Of a stretch of DNA of 64,000 bases, positions 49,047 through 61,736 are shown piece after piece. Made by a program: the position numbers and the translations under genes. Origin of the DNA: Selaginella moellendorffii (lineage: Eukaryota > Plantae > Lycopodiophyta); contig NW_003314294.1 in the NCBI RefSeq assembly GCF_000143415.4, positions 1,168,416-1,232,415 on the forward strand, in the 5' to 3' direction. Below the pieces are notes generated by a model, which was not told the DNA's origin, made no database searches, and was given only the letters and a program-made list of their open reading frames with translations. The stretch's first letter is position 1. Each line of letters begins with the position of its first letter.

Positions 49047-50147
49047 TGAGACCAAGGCCGAGGCCAAGACCGAGTCCGAGTCCGAGTCCGAGTCCAAGTC
49101 CGAGTCCGAGGCCGAGTCCGAGTCCGAGGCCGAGTCCGAGTCCGAGCCTGAGAGGGTGAAAGCCCAAAGAGTTCGTCTCCCAAACCCTAGGGGGTTTGGT
49201 GAGCTCCAAAAGTATAGTAGGGGGAGGACTGCAGTGGAGCCAATTTGGCCAGGAAAGGCCAGTTTGGCCCAGGAAGGCCAGACCCAGTGTTGGGTGATGA
49301 GCTGCCCACTGTGAAGTCCAAGACTAGAGTGAACACAGACCGACAAGCGGGGCAGCTTGGTGAAGTGTTCAAGAGCCGGCTCCAGTTCCCCTGGGAGATC
49401 AACTGGCCGATGCTCCCAGTCCAAGTGTGGGTGGCACTACCTACTTGGATACCTGTCGTGGCTCAACGGAACCTCGCTCTAAGCCCATGGCTAGAGCACC
49501 TAAAGGCGAAAGGCGGGGAAAGTACCCACGAGGCTTGCGTAAGGCCACGGTGTTCCGAAATGTTGTCCCAAAGTCCTAGACTGTGGAAAGGAAGAGGAGT
49601 AGCCCTCTGGTGTGGTGACAAAGGACACGGTCACCCAATGAGGAAGTCCCAGAGGACAGTTGGACTTAGAGGTCGGGCCTGCGGGCCTTGATCCAGTGGC
49701 AGTGTTGGTGAACACGGCCATCGACAGAGAGGGACTTGGTGGGGACCGGAAAAGAGATATTGGGGAAGGTTATTCCCTAAGTCTACGAGCATCCTAAGGA
49801 TGCTAAGGAGTGGATCTGGGATGATCACTCATGGATGGATGGCCTAGTCTATGAGAGACGGGATTGCAATGTAGGTGGTGTTGGACCATCGGTGTGACCA
49901 AGGTGAATAGGTATAGCCTCAGCATAACGGGCCGATATGTCGGTGGTACCTTGGGGTGTCGATCATGGGATCGGACACGTGGAGCACTTAGACCAAGTGC
50001 AAAGGTTGAGTGGCATGGATGCCATTCTCGGGGCTAGCAAGCCCCAAGTCCTAACTGGGACTTGTGGAGGTTGTGAATGAGACTCCTCCAAGTGGTCGGA
50101 GGTGTGGTTAAGTGACTAAAGTAAAATGGAAAAATTAGTCTCTTACA
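48526..50147 (+). repeat. 5' LTR with internal 12-mer and hexamer tandem arrays (~48770-49146)
   Basis: GAGATGGAGTCC / GAGATGGACCC and GAGACC / GAGTCC arrays; near-identical to 54164-55801. Confidence 0.93.
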
Positions 50148-53100
50148 ACTTGGTATCGGAGTTGTTCCTTAGTCTGACTTTTATTGGTGCTCAAGTATAT
50201 CACCATTGGTGTTGGCATCGGAAGGTCCGAGGAGTGGGCCTATCCTTGAGGAGTAGCAGGTCGGGAAGACATGGCTCTCCATTATAGTTCATGTGTGAAC
50301 TTGTAGACACGGTGGTGGATAGAAAAGGGCCAATAATGGAACGACTTTGGGATCTTGGGAACAGTGCAAGATTTTCCTCATTGAGTTGAGGAGGTGATCC
50401 AGATGAGCGTTTGACTCAACAAATTGGCTAATATAGTTGTGGTAAACAACTATAGTTGGGATCACGGGGAAGATAGAGACTCCAAAAACAATAAAGGAGT
50501 CACAAGATTATCCTCACATAGTTGAGGCTGGTGCTCATGAAGGTGAGACCGGAATGGATGACCGTGAGAGGTCAAGTATGGATAAGGACATGAGTCCTTG
50601 AAGTGGTAGCCAATGTTACCTTTAATAAATGCTAGAACAAACCCAAGGAGTTGGGGGTGTGCTCAAAGGATGAGTCAGTATTCTTATCATATGGACGGGT
50701 AGTCCTAAGGAGCAAAAGTAGCCCACAGAGAACGGAAAATAATAAAGTGTTAGAGTGACACTTGCAAAGACAGTCCTTATGAGTAGGACATGAATATACG
50801 AAGTTGTATTCCAGTGTGCTGGCACCTCAAAAATAGGACCTTGTGGGTCATTGGATTGGCAAAGTCCGAAAATGCTAAATGACTCGAGTAGAGTCAAAGG
50901 ATGATCCTGAAGGATTGGTAAAAGCATTTAGACTGAGGTGTGTGGTGCCCTATGAAGGATGGGGAGGATCTTAAGATCCAAGTATGAGAACAATAGGTAT
51001 CTCATTGATGGCAGAAGGTGCCATGCTAAAGTCGTGGGAAAGAGTTTCCTGGAAGAAAACAACTTTGACACAAAGTTGTGCATGGACTCTATGGTGCAGT
51101 GCTAATGGATAATTGGCATAAGAGACAACCATATTAGTCTTGGCAAAAAGACCTAGACACAAGTAAGAAGTGTCATAAAGGTAGGCTCGTGGAGCCAATG
51201 GTGTGAAGACACCGAAGGTGCCAAAACGTGCTGCCTTGATGTCAAGTTAGCGGGTTTATGAGAACCCCTTCCAAAGGAATCCCAATGGAAATGGGAATAG
51301 CATAGCCTATGTTGGAAGGCATGCGGTTAGAGTGTGGTGACCCAGATAATGATGGAGGTGTGGAAGCATCAGCAATGAGTTGTAGGACTTGACAACTATG
51401 AGGCAACTAAGCAAAATGTGCAAAATAAATCGTTAAACTGGTAGAAGGCAACTACCTAACACTTCTTATTGGGATAAGGAAGTTAGATATACCCTTATGG
51501 GGGAGAAATTGCTTATGTTGCGATATAGTAAGTCAATGTCGTAAAGGGAATGCTCATTGTCAAAGAAGCCATCATTGGGACACCGAAGCACTCTGGAACA
51601 CCAGGAGGTGGTGTTTGGTGCCGTGAGGGCACGGATAAAGCCCAAGGGACAATATCCCTAGTGAATGATGGATAGGAAGTGCTATCCAAATGTCCAAGTT
51701 TGCGGAGACGGGGGAAGTCCGTCTACCCAAATTGGACAAAGCCAAAAAGGGATTTTGGCAAGGTTAGTGATGAGCATATAAAGGCTCATAAGTAACAACG
51801 GTGATCCCAGGGTGTGGGATTACAAGATGAGCAAACCCGGATTGAGGAACCACTCCCTAGGCTATCGGGTAGGTTCATCCCTATGAATACTTGCCAAGGC
51901 ATGGTAGAAAGTGCAAAGCTATCTTCCTAATCTGGAGGAGAATAATCGAAGGAAATGTATGAGGCCAAAAGGCAAATAGTATAAGGATAAAACCGAACCA
52001 TAGGAATTGACAGGCATGACCAAGGGTGGTTATGCAAGTTGGGAGTGAAGAATCAAATGGGTGCTCAAGCATGTTGTTACTAGCGACCGGGATGCCATAG
52101 AGAGTCTAAAGCATGGGATTGTCCATGTTAGACTATATGGTAATTGGAAAGCTTGCGAAAGGAGAGGCTTTAGCAAGCTAAGGAACAGAGTTCCTTGAAC
52201 GTTCCCCTAGGTAGATAAGTACCTAGTCAGCCAAGTGTAAATGGTTCATAGAATGCGCGAAATCAAAGTGGCGCAGCAGAAGCGTGGTCTTGAAGCTTGC
52301 CATGAGGCGAGGCTATCAAGATTGGGGACGTAGTTCCCGAGCATTCAAAGAGAGGGCTTTGAACGAAAGTCGATGGTTAAGGACTTTCACGCTTATGCAT
52401 GAACCATGTTACGGTGGCCGAATGACTTGCTAAGTGAGATTGGCAAGCCGGGGGGAACAAATACCCTAGTTGAAGGAGCCAACTTCAAAGGGGTGGCCTA
52501 GGAGGCCGAGCATGGAGGAGTCCATGCATGATCACAGACATGTCAAGAGAGGACTTGGTAGTGCGGAGGAACTAAGTTCCTAAGCTGTGATCTGTAGCGC
52601 GCTTCAAGTATAAGTTGGTGCACCGGCGTGGGGAGTCACGCCAGGCATCCGGTGTGATGCCATCCGTAGATGCATATACGGAGGTTGGGTTCGAGTCCCG
52701 ACCCTTTAGTGCTTAGGTTCGAGTCCCAAATCACTAGGGCGTGGTGATGGTTTGGAATATGAGGACACTCATATTTCGGTGGTCATGGACTCTCAGTTGG
52801 GAGACTGATTTGGGCGCACCGCCAAGCGAGGGATGCCTCGGAGTCGTGATGCACAGTTAGATTGCTTAGTGTGAAAGCTCAGCATATCTAACCTGAATGC
52901 TTTGGTGCAAGTGGCACCAAGGACGTGGTGAGTGAGATGGGGATACCTAATCTCAGTTGCTATGAACCCTTGGCCGTAAGGGCTGGCTTGGGTGCACCGC
53001 CAAGTGTGGGGGATGCCCCCGGGGTTATGGTCAACAACTTGAAGGTCTAGAAGACCAAGTACCTCTTGGCTATATGGCCAAATAAGGACAAGGTCCTTGG

Positions 53101-54163
53101 TTGGCTAAGGAAGGAAGTTCCTGGTTCAAAATGTTGATTTGAACTATTTAAGATGATGTGGCTTGGTCAAAGTGATCAAGTGGGAAGAGCACCTAAGGGA
53201 AATAAGCTATGTCCGTGCAATGGCATAGTGAGTCCGAGGAAAGTAGTCTCTATAAGAGACCCATGGGAGGGTCACAAAGTTGGGCCGTGGATAGAACCCA
53301 TAGCAAAAGATGCTAAAGAGATGTACTAGGAGTGAACATCCTCTGGACTTGGCAAAGAAGAGTCTTTGCTATGGAACCGAAGGGATACCTCGAAAATGGA
53401 GGTAGCGATCCTATGTTGCTGGGTGCAACAATCAAGGATAGGAGCAAAGGACTAGTGGCCAAGTTTGGGCCATGGAATTTAATGAAAGGGATCCAAATGG
53501 CAAAGTTAGCCAAGGAACACTAATGTGTTTGATGCTAACGACTTGTGGGAAAGGAAGTGGACTTCCAAGGATGGATTCCTAAGTGCTTCAATTTGGCGAA
53601 GTAAAAGCTTCAAGTGAGGGAGCGGCAAAGTAGCTAAATGATAGGGCCGTGGACAGCCCTAACACAAATTATAATAACTGGAACTTAGTGCCAAAGGTGG
53701 CACGAAATCGAAGAGAGGATGATGTTGCCCTCGAGTAGAGGACTTCCTAAGAGGGGGAAGTGGAGTTTCATAATATGTGCAATGCAAAGTGTCGGAGACA
53801 CCTAGGAAATTGACTTCAAGAAGTCAGAATTAAAAGTTCCAAAATACAAGGGTTATATCGATGGAAAGTGAGACCACTCGAGAATGAGTAGTGGGATTGA
53901 GTTAGAGAAAGTGTCTCTAACAGGTTTAGTGAGAACTAAACCAATAAAAGGAGAGAACCACCACAAGTGGTCAAATAAGCCTCTAAGTTGGAGGGGCTAT
54001 GCTCCTTAGAGGATGGACAAGGCATGGTGAGCCTTTGGTGTCAAACCATAGACAAATATTGGCTAGGTGCCAAGGATGGAAATGGTAACACGTGCGGGTG
54101 TTACTTTATGAAAGGGTTTACCGTTCGATGAGGACATCGAACTTCGTCTATGGGTGGTGGAGT

Positions 54164-55801
54164 TGTGAGACACAAAATCCCTAGACCCCAAAGTGGAGCC
54201 GGAAGGGCGCCACGTGGTAGTGGCTGAAGCGAAAGCCAAACAAGTGTAACACGTTTGGACTAAAAGCTCTAACTTGAAAAGGTCGAGAGTGGGAGTGGAA
54301 CTCCCAATGAAGTGCTCGAGGAATAAGCACGAAGCGAGCAATAAGCAAGGCTCCAAAAAGGGACCCAAAAGGACCAACGCATGACACGTGGAAGTGTCCG
54401 AGAAGGACCCCGAGATGGAGTCCGAGATGGAGTCCGAGGTGGAGTCTGAGGTGGAGTCCGAGGTGGACCCGAGATGGATCCGAGATTGAGTCTGAGACGG
54501 ACCTGAGACGGACTCCGAGATGGACCCGAGATGGACCCGAGATGGAGTCCGAGATGGACCCGAGATGGAGTCCGAGATGGAGTCCGAGATGGACCCGAGA
54601 TGGAGTCCGAGATGGAGTCTGAGATGGAGTCCGAGATGGACCCGAGATGGAGTCCGAAGTTGAGACCGAGACCGGGGCCGAGACCGGGACCGAGGCCGGG
54701 ACCGAGACCGAGACCGAGACCGAGGCCGAGGCCGAGGCCGAGACCAAGTCTGAGTCCGAGTCCGAGTCCGAGTCCGAGTCCGAGGCCGAGTCCGAGTCCG
54801 AGCCTGAGAGGGTGAAAGTCCAAAGCGTTCGTCTCCCAGACCCTGGGGGGTTTGGTGAGCTCCAAAAGTATAGTAGGGAGGACTGCAGTGGAGCCAATTT
54901 GGCCAAGAAAGGCCAGTTTGGCCCAGGAAGGCCAGACCCAGTGTTGGGTGATGAGCTGCCCACTGTGAAGTCCAAGACTAGAGTGAACACAGACCGACAA
55001 GCGGGGCAGCTTGGTGAAGTGTTCAAGAGCCGGCTCCAGTTCCCCTGGGAGATCGACTGGCCGATGCTCCCAGTCCAAGTGTGGGTGGCACTACCTACTT
55101 GGATACCTGTCGTGGCTCAACGGAACCTCGCTCTAAGCCCATGGCTAGAGCACCTAAAGGCGAAAGGCGGGGAAAGTACCCATGAGGCTTGCGTAAGGCC
55201 ATGGTGTTCCGAAATGTTGTCCCAAAGTCCCAGACTGTGGAAAGGAAGAGGAGTAGCCCTCTGGTGTGGTGACAAAGGACACGGTCACCCAGTGAGGAAG
55301 TCCCAGAAGACAGTTGGACTTAGAGGTCGGGCCTGCGGGCCTTGATCCAGTGGCAGTGTTGGTGAACACGGCCATCGACAGAGAGGGACTTGGTGGGGAC
55401 CGGAAAAGAGATATTGGGGAAGGTTATTCCTTAAGTCTACAAGCATCCTAAGGATGCTAAGGAGTGGATCTGGGATGATCACTCATGGATGGATGGCCTA
55501 GTCTATGAGAGACGGGATTGCAATGTAGGTGGTGTTGGACCACCGGTGTGACCAAGGTGAATAGGTATGGCCTCAGCGTAATGGGCCGATATGTCGGTGG
55601 TACCTTGGGGTGTCGATCATGGGATCAGACGCGTGGAGCACTTAGACCAAGTGCAAAGGTTGAGTGGCATGGATGCCATTCTCGGGGCTAGCAAGCCCCA
55701 AGTCCTAACTGGGACTTGTGGAGGTTGTGAATGAGACTCCTCCAAGTGGTCGGAGGTGTGATTAAGTGATTAAAGTAAAATGGAAAAATTAGTCTTTTAC
55801 A
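54164..55801 (+). repeat. 3' LTR with internal tandem arrays (~54410-54802)
   Basis: Direct repeat of 48526-50147 with different array copy numbers. Confidence 0.93.
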
Positions 55802-57399
55802 ATGGACGTCCCCTCCGAGTGGATCATCGTCGTGTATGGCTGCCACCCTCAAGTTCTCGCCAAGATGATGGAGCTCGCCAGTGGCCGCGACAAGACTGTG
55901 TGGGACATCGACAAGTTTCCACACATCCGCACCGAAGCTTTGGAGCTCGTCCGCAATCTCTTGCGCTGGGAGCCGAAAGACGACAGTTATCCAACGAGAC
56001 AAGAGACCTTGTTTGTTACCGCCTGGGATGCCATGGAATGGATGAACCTGTTCGAGATCTTCCGGTGTCTCCACACGTCAACTCTCCAGGAGCTAAGTTC
56101 AAGCCGCGCATTACCTCCTCTGATAGAGGAAGTTGTGACAGAGCACAGAACTCTCAAGCTGAGGGGCAAGCTTGCCAGCCTTTGGGGCCTCCACGCTCTC
56201 GTCTTCTACGGCAGAGCTACCTGCGATTCAAGGAGCTGCTACTTCTAGAGCCCGACATGGCCCCGTTTGTGGAACTCGCAAAGATGGTGCTGGTGCTGAC
56301 TGACTGGGACAACGTTGTTGGCTTCGACTCTTGCGACAAGAACAGGAAACTCGAGAAGTTTGATGCGCAAGAGCTCGTGAGCATCCCCGCGCTGCCGCTG
56401 GATACCGCCCTCTCCCGTTGCTGGAACGTCGGTGACATTGCGAATGCAGCTCTTCCTTGGATTGTGAGCAAGGATGGCAAGCACAGGATCCTTCTCGCCA
56501 TGGACCTGGACACTGGCGAGGGAGCCGCGCTCGTCGTCGCCATGGCTGTGGAGCACTTTGAGGGGCAGCGTCCACAGGTGGAGGTGATTAGCGTCGTCGT
56601 TTTCACGTCATGGACATCCGAGTGAGGCGATCTGAATCTCCTGTCTCGCCCAGCACTCCGGACAGCGAGTTTATCAACGCATGCAAGTCATGCGGCCAAG
56701 TCGAGAGAGTGGAGTCAAGACGGGATCGCGTCAGGGACGTGTTCTACCACCGATCAAGATGGCAGAAAGAAGATGCAGATCACGGTGACCCGCTCCACTG
56801 CGCTGCTGCTGGTTTCTCTTCGATTGCTATCTTTTTACACTCATTGCCAAGGAGAGGAGGAGGTGAAGCTCGCTAGGGATGGCTTCGATTGTCTAGTAAG
56901 CTACTTGAGGTGGGTTTTCTTCGCGTTTATATGATCTTTAATGTGATCGTCGTGATGGTATCACTCACAGGAGCAATGAGGAAGAGAACGTCCATGGGCC
57001 CTTCCTGGACAACGACATCTTATATCGCAGCGCTCATGAGACGGTCGAGTGGTTTGCGGTGGCTCTATGGCCTGGAACCAAGGTCCTGTTTGTCACATTG
57101 CCACAGCAGCGGCCAAGGCAGCAAGTCAAGGCCCAAATCGCTGGCATTGGTGATTTGCCACTCTGGTTTACGTGATCACACTACTCTCTCGGAGGTATCA
57201 TTGTTTAATTACTTTTTCCTTTCCATACAATCCAAGTTCGTTATTGCTTGTACCTGGGAAAGCATTAAATATACATATATAAATACAAACTAAATCATTG
57301 TCAATCTAAAGTATATTCCCTTCATGGTGTCATTGCCTTTGAATCTCTGGCGGCTTAATTTTTGCTTCCCCATTCTTAAGCTTGAGGTCAAAACAGTGA

Positions 57400-58050
57400 G
57401 ATGTTGCTTGAACACAGGGCACTCTTGGCATCTTCACCCAGAGCTGTGTCCTCCACAACAGCAGCTCGTCCAGAGGCTGCCTTTTGCAGGCCGAGGATAG
57501 AAGAAAATGCCCAGCAACAAGCCATCAAAGCAGTGCCATCGACATCTAGTGATTGTGGCAAAGCTCCAGCTCACATCAACATGATCACAACTTATGAGGA
57601 AGTACCCCAAGCACAGAAGAAACAGATTGCAATAGCAACACGGGCTCAGAAGAAGACCACAGCTGTCCAGGAGTTAGACAATGCCACTAATGATGCTCCA
57701 ATGATGCTCATTTACTCCAGTTTTTCCACTTGATCCAGAACATTAGAAGGTCTTCCATTTGCAGCAGGAGACACAGCAGCAAACTCCATCCAATACTTAG
57801 TCTCCCTCTCACTCAGAAATCTCTTGTGTGTGGCTTCAGGAATCAAGCAACGATTGAAGGTGATGGCCAGAGAGTCTGTCCTGGCTCTTTCTCCTACTCT
57901 ACTAGCACGTTCAGTCCAGGCTGTGAGCACAAGGGCATCCTCAGATCCTGGAGCATTAATCATTCCCGCAAAGGTGATGAACATGGAAATTTATACAACA
58001 CTTATCTTTCTGGAGCTTGCCTAATATGTCTGCTTCAACATCTCCCCATA
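57400..58050 (+). mobile_element. Possible decayed gypsy gag-protease linker remnant
   Basis: HINMIT...AIATRAQ and a SLRNLLCV-like segment resemble pre-protease linkers. Weak. Confidence 0.3.
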
Positions 58051-58452
58051 CTTCTCAGTCTTGAGTAGTTGGCATTTGCTATGACATCCCCATATTTTTG
58101 CCTTCTCCAGCAATGTGGGCATTCTTCAGAGCCTTTCCCACACTAACACTCTTCAGCCTCCAGCTGCTAGCCAGCTGAAGTCTCACATTTCTTCAACATG
58201 GACAACGAGGACATGTTTCTACTAGAAGCCTCAAGGCATGGAGGTCTTTTGCAAGCTTGAGCTACTACTCTTACTGTTGCTGGAGAAGAGTCTTGAACTT
58301 AGCAAGTGGGTTTTTCACTGATGCAAGTATTTACTCTAGTGTTGGTTGGAAAAATTGCTATGGTTTGATAGTGTGAGCAATAATATAGGGATGTTCTATA
58401 AGAGAGATTTGCATAAGCTTCATAGTGAAAGACACTCCCAGCTTCCAAAACA

Positions 58453-61400
58453 TGACATCAACCATGGGAATATTCTAAGAATATTCCATAGCCTGTGGGA
58501 TTTAAGGCCGTAACACTTAAAGTGTTGGGAGGTGGGTTCATTCTCTTGTTTGTTTCATTGGTATTGGAGCAACACATTCTTTTAGGGATGGTGGGTGAGC
58601 AAGATATTGATCCTCATGAGGAGTATGGTGTTAGTGATGATAGCTATAACAATGAAGAAGAGACTTTTGATGATGTCATTGTGCAGCAAGGATGCCAAAT
58701 TTTTAAGGTTCAGAGAGACATAAAGGAAGTTAAAGATTTTATCAATCTCATTAAGGATTTCTTATTTTGCATGGTAAATCAATCTTATGTCCGTGATTAC
58801 CATTGGTATGTTAAACATGTTAAGGATTATGGTATCATAAAATGTAAATCATCACCAGATGTTTGTAATAGTCAAAAGGTTGATTCTTGGTTGGAATTGT
58901 GGGAAAATTGCTAGTTTCACAATCCTTGTGAGGATAAAGTGAAGATAAATTTCTTTGTGATGAAGCTTACAGGCCATGCTTCTTCGTGGTGGAAGAACTA
59001 TATCAAAGTTAATATGAAACTGACTTCTTGGACTGATTTGACAAAAGTTTTCCACACTTTGTTTGTCAAAAAGTTTGAAGAGGTTGATTTCGTGAACTAA
59101 CTGTTAAAGATCTAGCAGGGGACTTTGTCTTTGGATGTGTATGCCCGCAAGTTCTATGATCTTTGCCTCAGTCTCATGGGCACCTATAATGAGTTGCTAA
59201 AGGTGCAATGTTTCATTAAAGGATTGAATTTAGTGGATGTGTAGTAGAAGGTCAAGAATTCCAGCAACATTGACTGATGCTATCACTAAGGCTCAAATCT
59301 TTTTGCCCAAACTGTCAGTCAACTCGGTCAATTTTAGTCAACGGGATGGTCTATGGGGTGGTCAACATGATGACCACAATGCTTTATATTCGGGGAAGAA
59401 ACAACTATTGTTCCATTGTGGCTCAAAGAATGAAGATGGTAGTGAAGCTATGAAACTTTGTTTGGACTAGTGAGAGAAAGACAAAATGGAGGGCAATTGT
59501 TTTCGTTGCCATAGGGTTGGACATCAGAGCAAGGATTGTTTTGAAGGGGTCAATAAATGATAAAGTGACTGTGGTGGAAATTATAAACAATGATGTGAGT
59601 GATAGTGTTTTTGGGGTTGTATTGCTTCAAATTAAACATTCTCTCGCATTCATGAGCCATAAGTTTGATGCCATACAGTAAAATTAACCTACTCACAACA
59701 AGGAGTTGATTGCTACTGTGAAGGAATGGCAACATTATCTATATGGATTGGACCTCCATATAGACTTAAATCATCAGTCTCTCCAAATGTGGATCTTCAA
59801 GGTTGCCTTGCTCGTTGGTAAAAGTTTCTGCAGGAAATGTTTATTAAGATTTGGTACAAGCATGGAGGTGACAATAAGGTGGCTAATGCATTATCTAGGA
59901 TGGTAAATTTTATCTCGTTTGTGAAGCTATCCAGCAATCTCTTGGATGAGCTTAAGGAGTTTACTGACTTCGACTCCTTTATCACTGATATTTGCGTGAA
60001 GGTTTTGTTGAGGGACACCTCTACAGATTTGAAGGGTGACAAGTTTGTGTCATTCAAGATACGAGATGGAATCCTGGTGAAGAAGGAATGTGTAGTGGTT
60101 CCTTGTGTTGACAAACTCATTAAACGGATTTTAGTTGAGTGTCATGATGTGCCAAGTGCTGGACATCTGGGGGTATTGAGAATGTATATGTTGGTGAAGA
60201 AGCATTTCTTTTGGCCTAGGATGAAATTAGATGTTGAGAAGTATATACATGGTTGTTTGACCTACCAGACGGTCAAAGTTGATCATTAGAAGCTCACTAG
60301 CCTCTATCATCTTTTACGTGTACCTGAGAATAAGTGGGATAGCATCTCGATGGACTTTATCACTGGTTTGCCTAAAACCTTTCAAAGAAATGATGCTATT
60401 TCGGTTGTTGTGGATCGTTTGACAAAGATGGTTCACTTCTTCCCTGTGAAGATGATAATAAAAGCTTCTGAACTTGCTCAATTGTTTGTAGACCAATTAT
60501 TTAATCTCTATGGTTTGCCGGGTGATATTGTGAGTAATCGGGATCCCAAATTCACGTCCAAGTTTTGGCAAACAGTCTTTGAGAAGCTAGAGACTAAACT
60601 GAGCATGAGTAGTGGTGAACATCCACAATCTGATGGGCAAATAGAGCACATGAATCAGCTATTAGAAGATATGCTAAGGTCTTTTGTGGGAAACTTGACT
60701 CGACAGGGAGTATAGGAGAAGTACTTGCCTTTGCTTCAGTTTGCTCACAATAGTGCTCATCAATCAGCTATTGGCATGTCTCCCTTCATGGCAATGTATG
60801 GCTATGAGCCTAGGTCTCTTGTGAGTTTAAATTTGGCTTTGGTTCAAGTACCTCATGCTTGTGATTTCTTGGAGGATATGCAAGACAAGTTTGAGTTGGT
60901 AAAGTTGAACATGAAGCAAGCTCAAGAGCAAGACAAAAGATTGGCTGATAAGCATCATCATCATCAAGAATACAAAGTTGATGACAAGGTTTTCCTTAAG
61001 TTGTCGGATGCACAACAATTTTTGAAAGGAGGTGGTAGTGCTAAGTTGTCTCTATGGTATTGTGGGCCTTGGACAATTTTACAGCGTGTGAGGGATCTTG
61101 CATACACTTTGGACTTGCCAGCTAGTTTGAAGATTAATCCAACGTTCCATGTGAGCAAGTTTAAAGCATGTTTGCACTTTGGTGATATCGTGGATCAGTC
61201 CATCATCTAGGTCCCAATATTTTTGCTCAAAGATTGGTGAAAATACACTGGAAAACAACTAGGGAATTGTTGGTTTAGTGGAATGGTTATTCCATAGATC
61301 AAGCTACATGGGAAATTGAGGATGATATGAAGAGAATGTTTCCAAGTTTTGGTTATGACTTGGATGACATTCCTGAAGAAGGGGAGAATTGAGTTCTATA

Positions 61401-61736
61401 GCCATATTGCTATATAATTTGAGCTGTTTGTTTTATTCTCATTCTCTTGTTTCCATGACCGTATTGTCATGTGAGAAAGCCGTATTGCTTTCTTTCTTTC
61501 ATGGCTGTTTGTTGCAACATTAGTGTTGTCATTTGCACATCTTTTCTCTATGGCTGTATTGCCTTGGACTCCCTTCATGTGAGGCTCATTTAGCTTCTCA
61601 AGGCTGCCATATGTGGCTGGAGAATGACACAAACCATAGGAATATTCTAAGAATATTCCATGGCTTGTGGGATTTAAGGCTGTAACGCCTTAAGGGTTGG
61701 GAGGTTGGCCTAGGGTTCGCTCTCCTATTCATTTCA
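58453..61736 (+). mobile_element. Internally deleted Ty3/gypsy chromovirus (gag, RNase H part, integrase, chromodomain; protease and RT missing)
   Basis: Direct repeat ~58453-58537 / ~61624-61708. PBS TGGTATTGGAGC at 58559; knuckle CFRCHRVGHQSKDC (~59498). CHDVPSAGHLG, MDFITGLP, HPQSDGQ, PTFHVS, WNGYS..ATWE. PPT GAAGAAGGGGAGA at ~61375. Confidence 0.88.

Larger units (their letters stand above)
48526..55801 (+). mobile_element. Non-autonomous (LARD-like) LTR retrotransposon
   Basis: LTRs 48526-50147 and 54164-55801 (TG...CA). Exact TSD ATGGA at 48521-48525 and 55802-55806. PBS TGGTATCGGAG at 50151; PPT GGGTGGTGGAG at 54152-54162. The ~4 kb interior has no long ORF. Confidence 0.93.
48130..56625 (+). 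pseudogene. Unknown GC-rich gene split by the LTR element (parts ~48130-48525 and 55802-56625), also frameshifted
   Basis: Removing the element and one TSD joins ...NWISYM|DVPSEWIIVV... in frame. Coding-like sequence lies on both sides; boundaries are approximate. Confidence 0.55.

Noticed and set aside
48479-49424. Long ORFs with (GL)n, (RT)n, (SD)n, (ES)n repeats, also at 54181-55345
   Set aside because: Translations of hexamer and 12-mer arrays inside the LTRs; open in most frames because the repeat units lack stops.
50008-50030. GTGGCATGGATGCCAT in the LTRs, similar to the 22-bp palindrome (also ~55664)
   Set aside because: The spacer length is wrong, and it belongs to an unrelated element.
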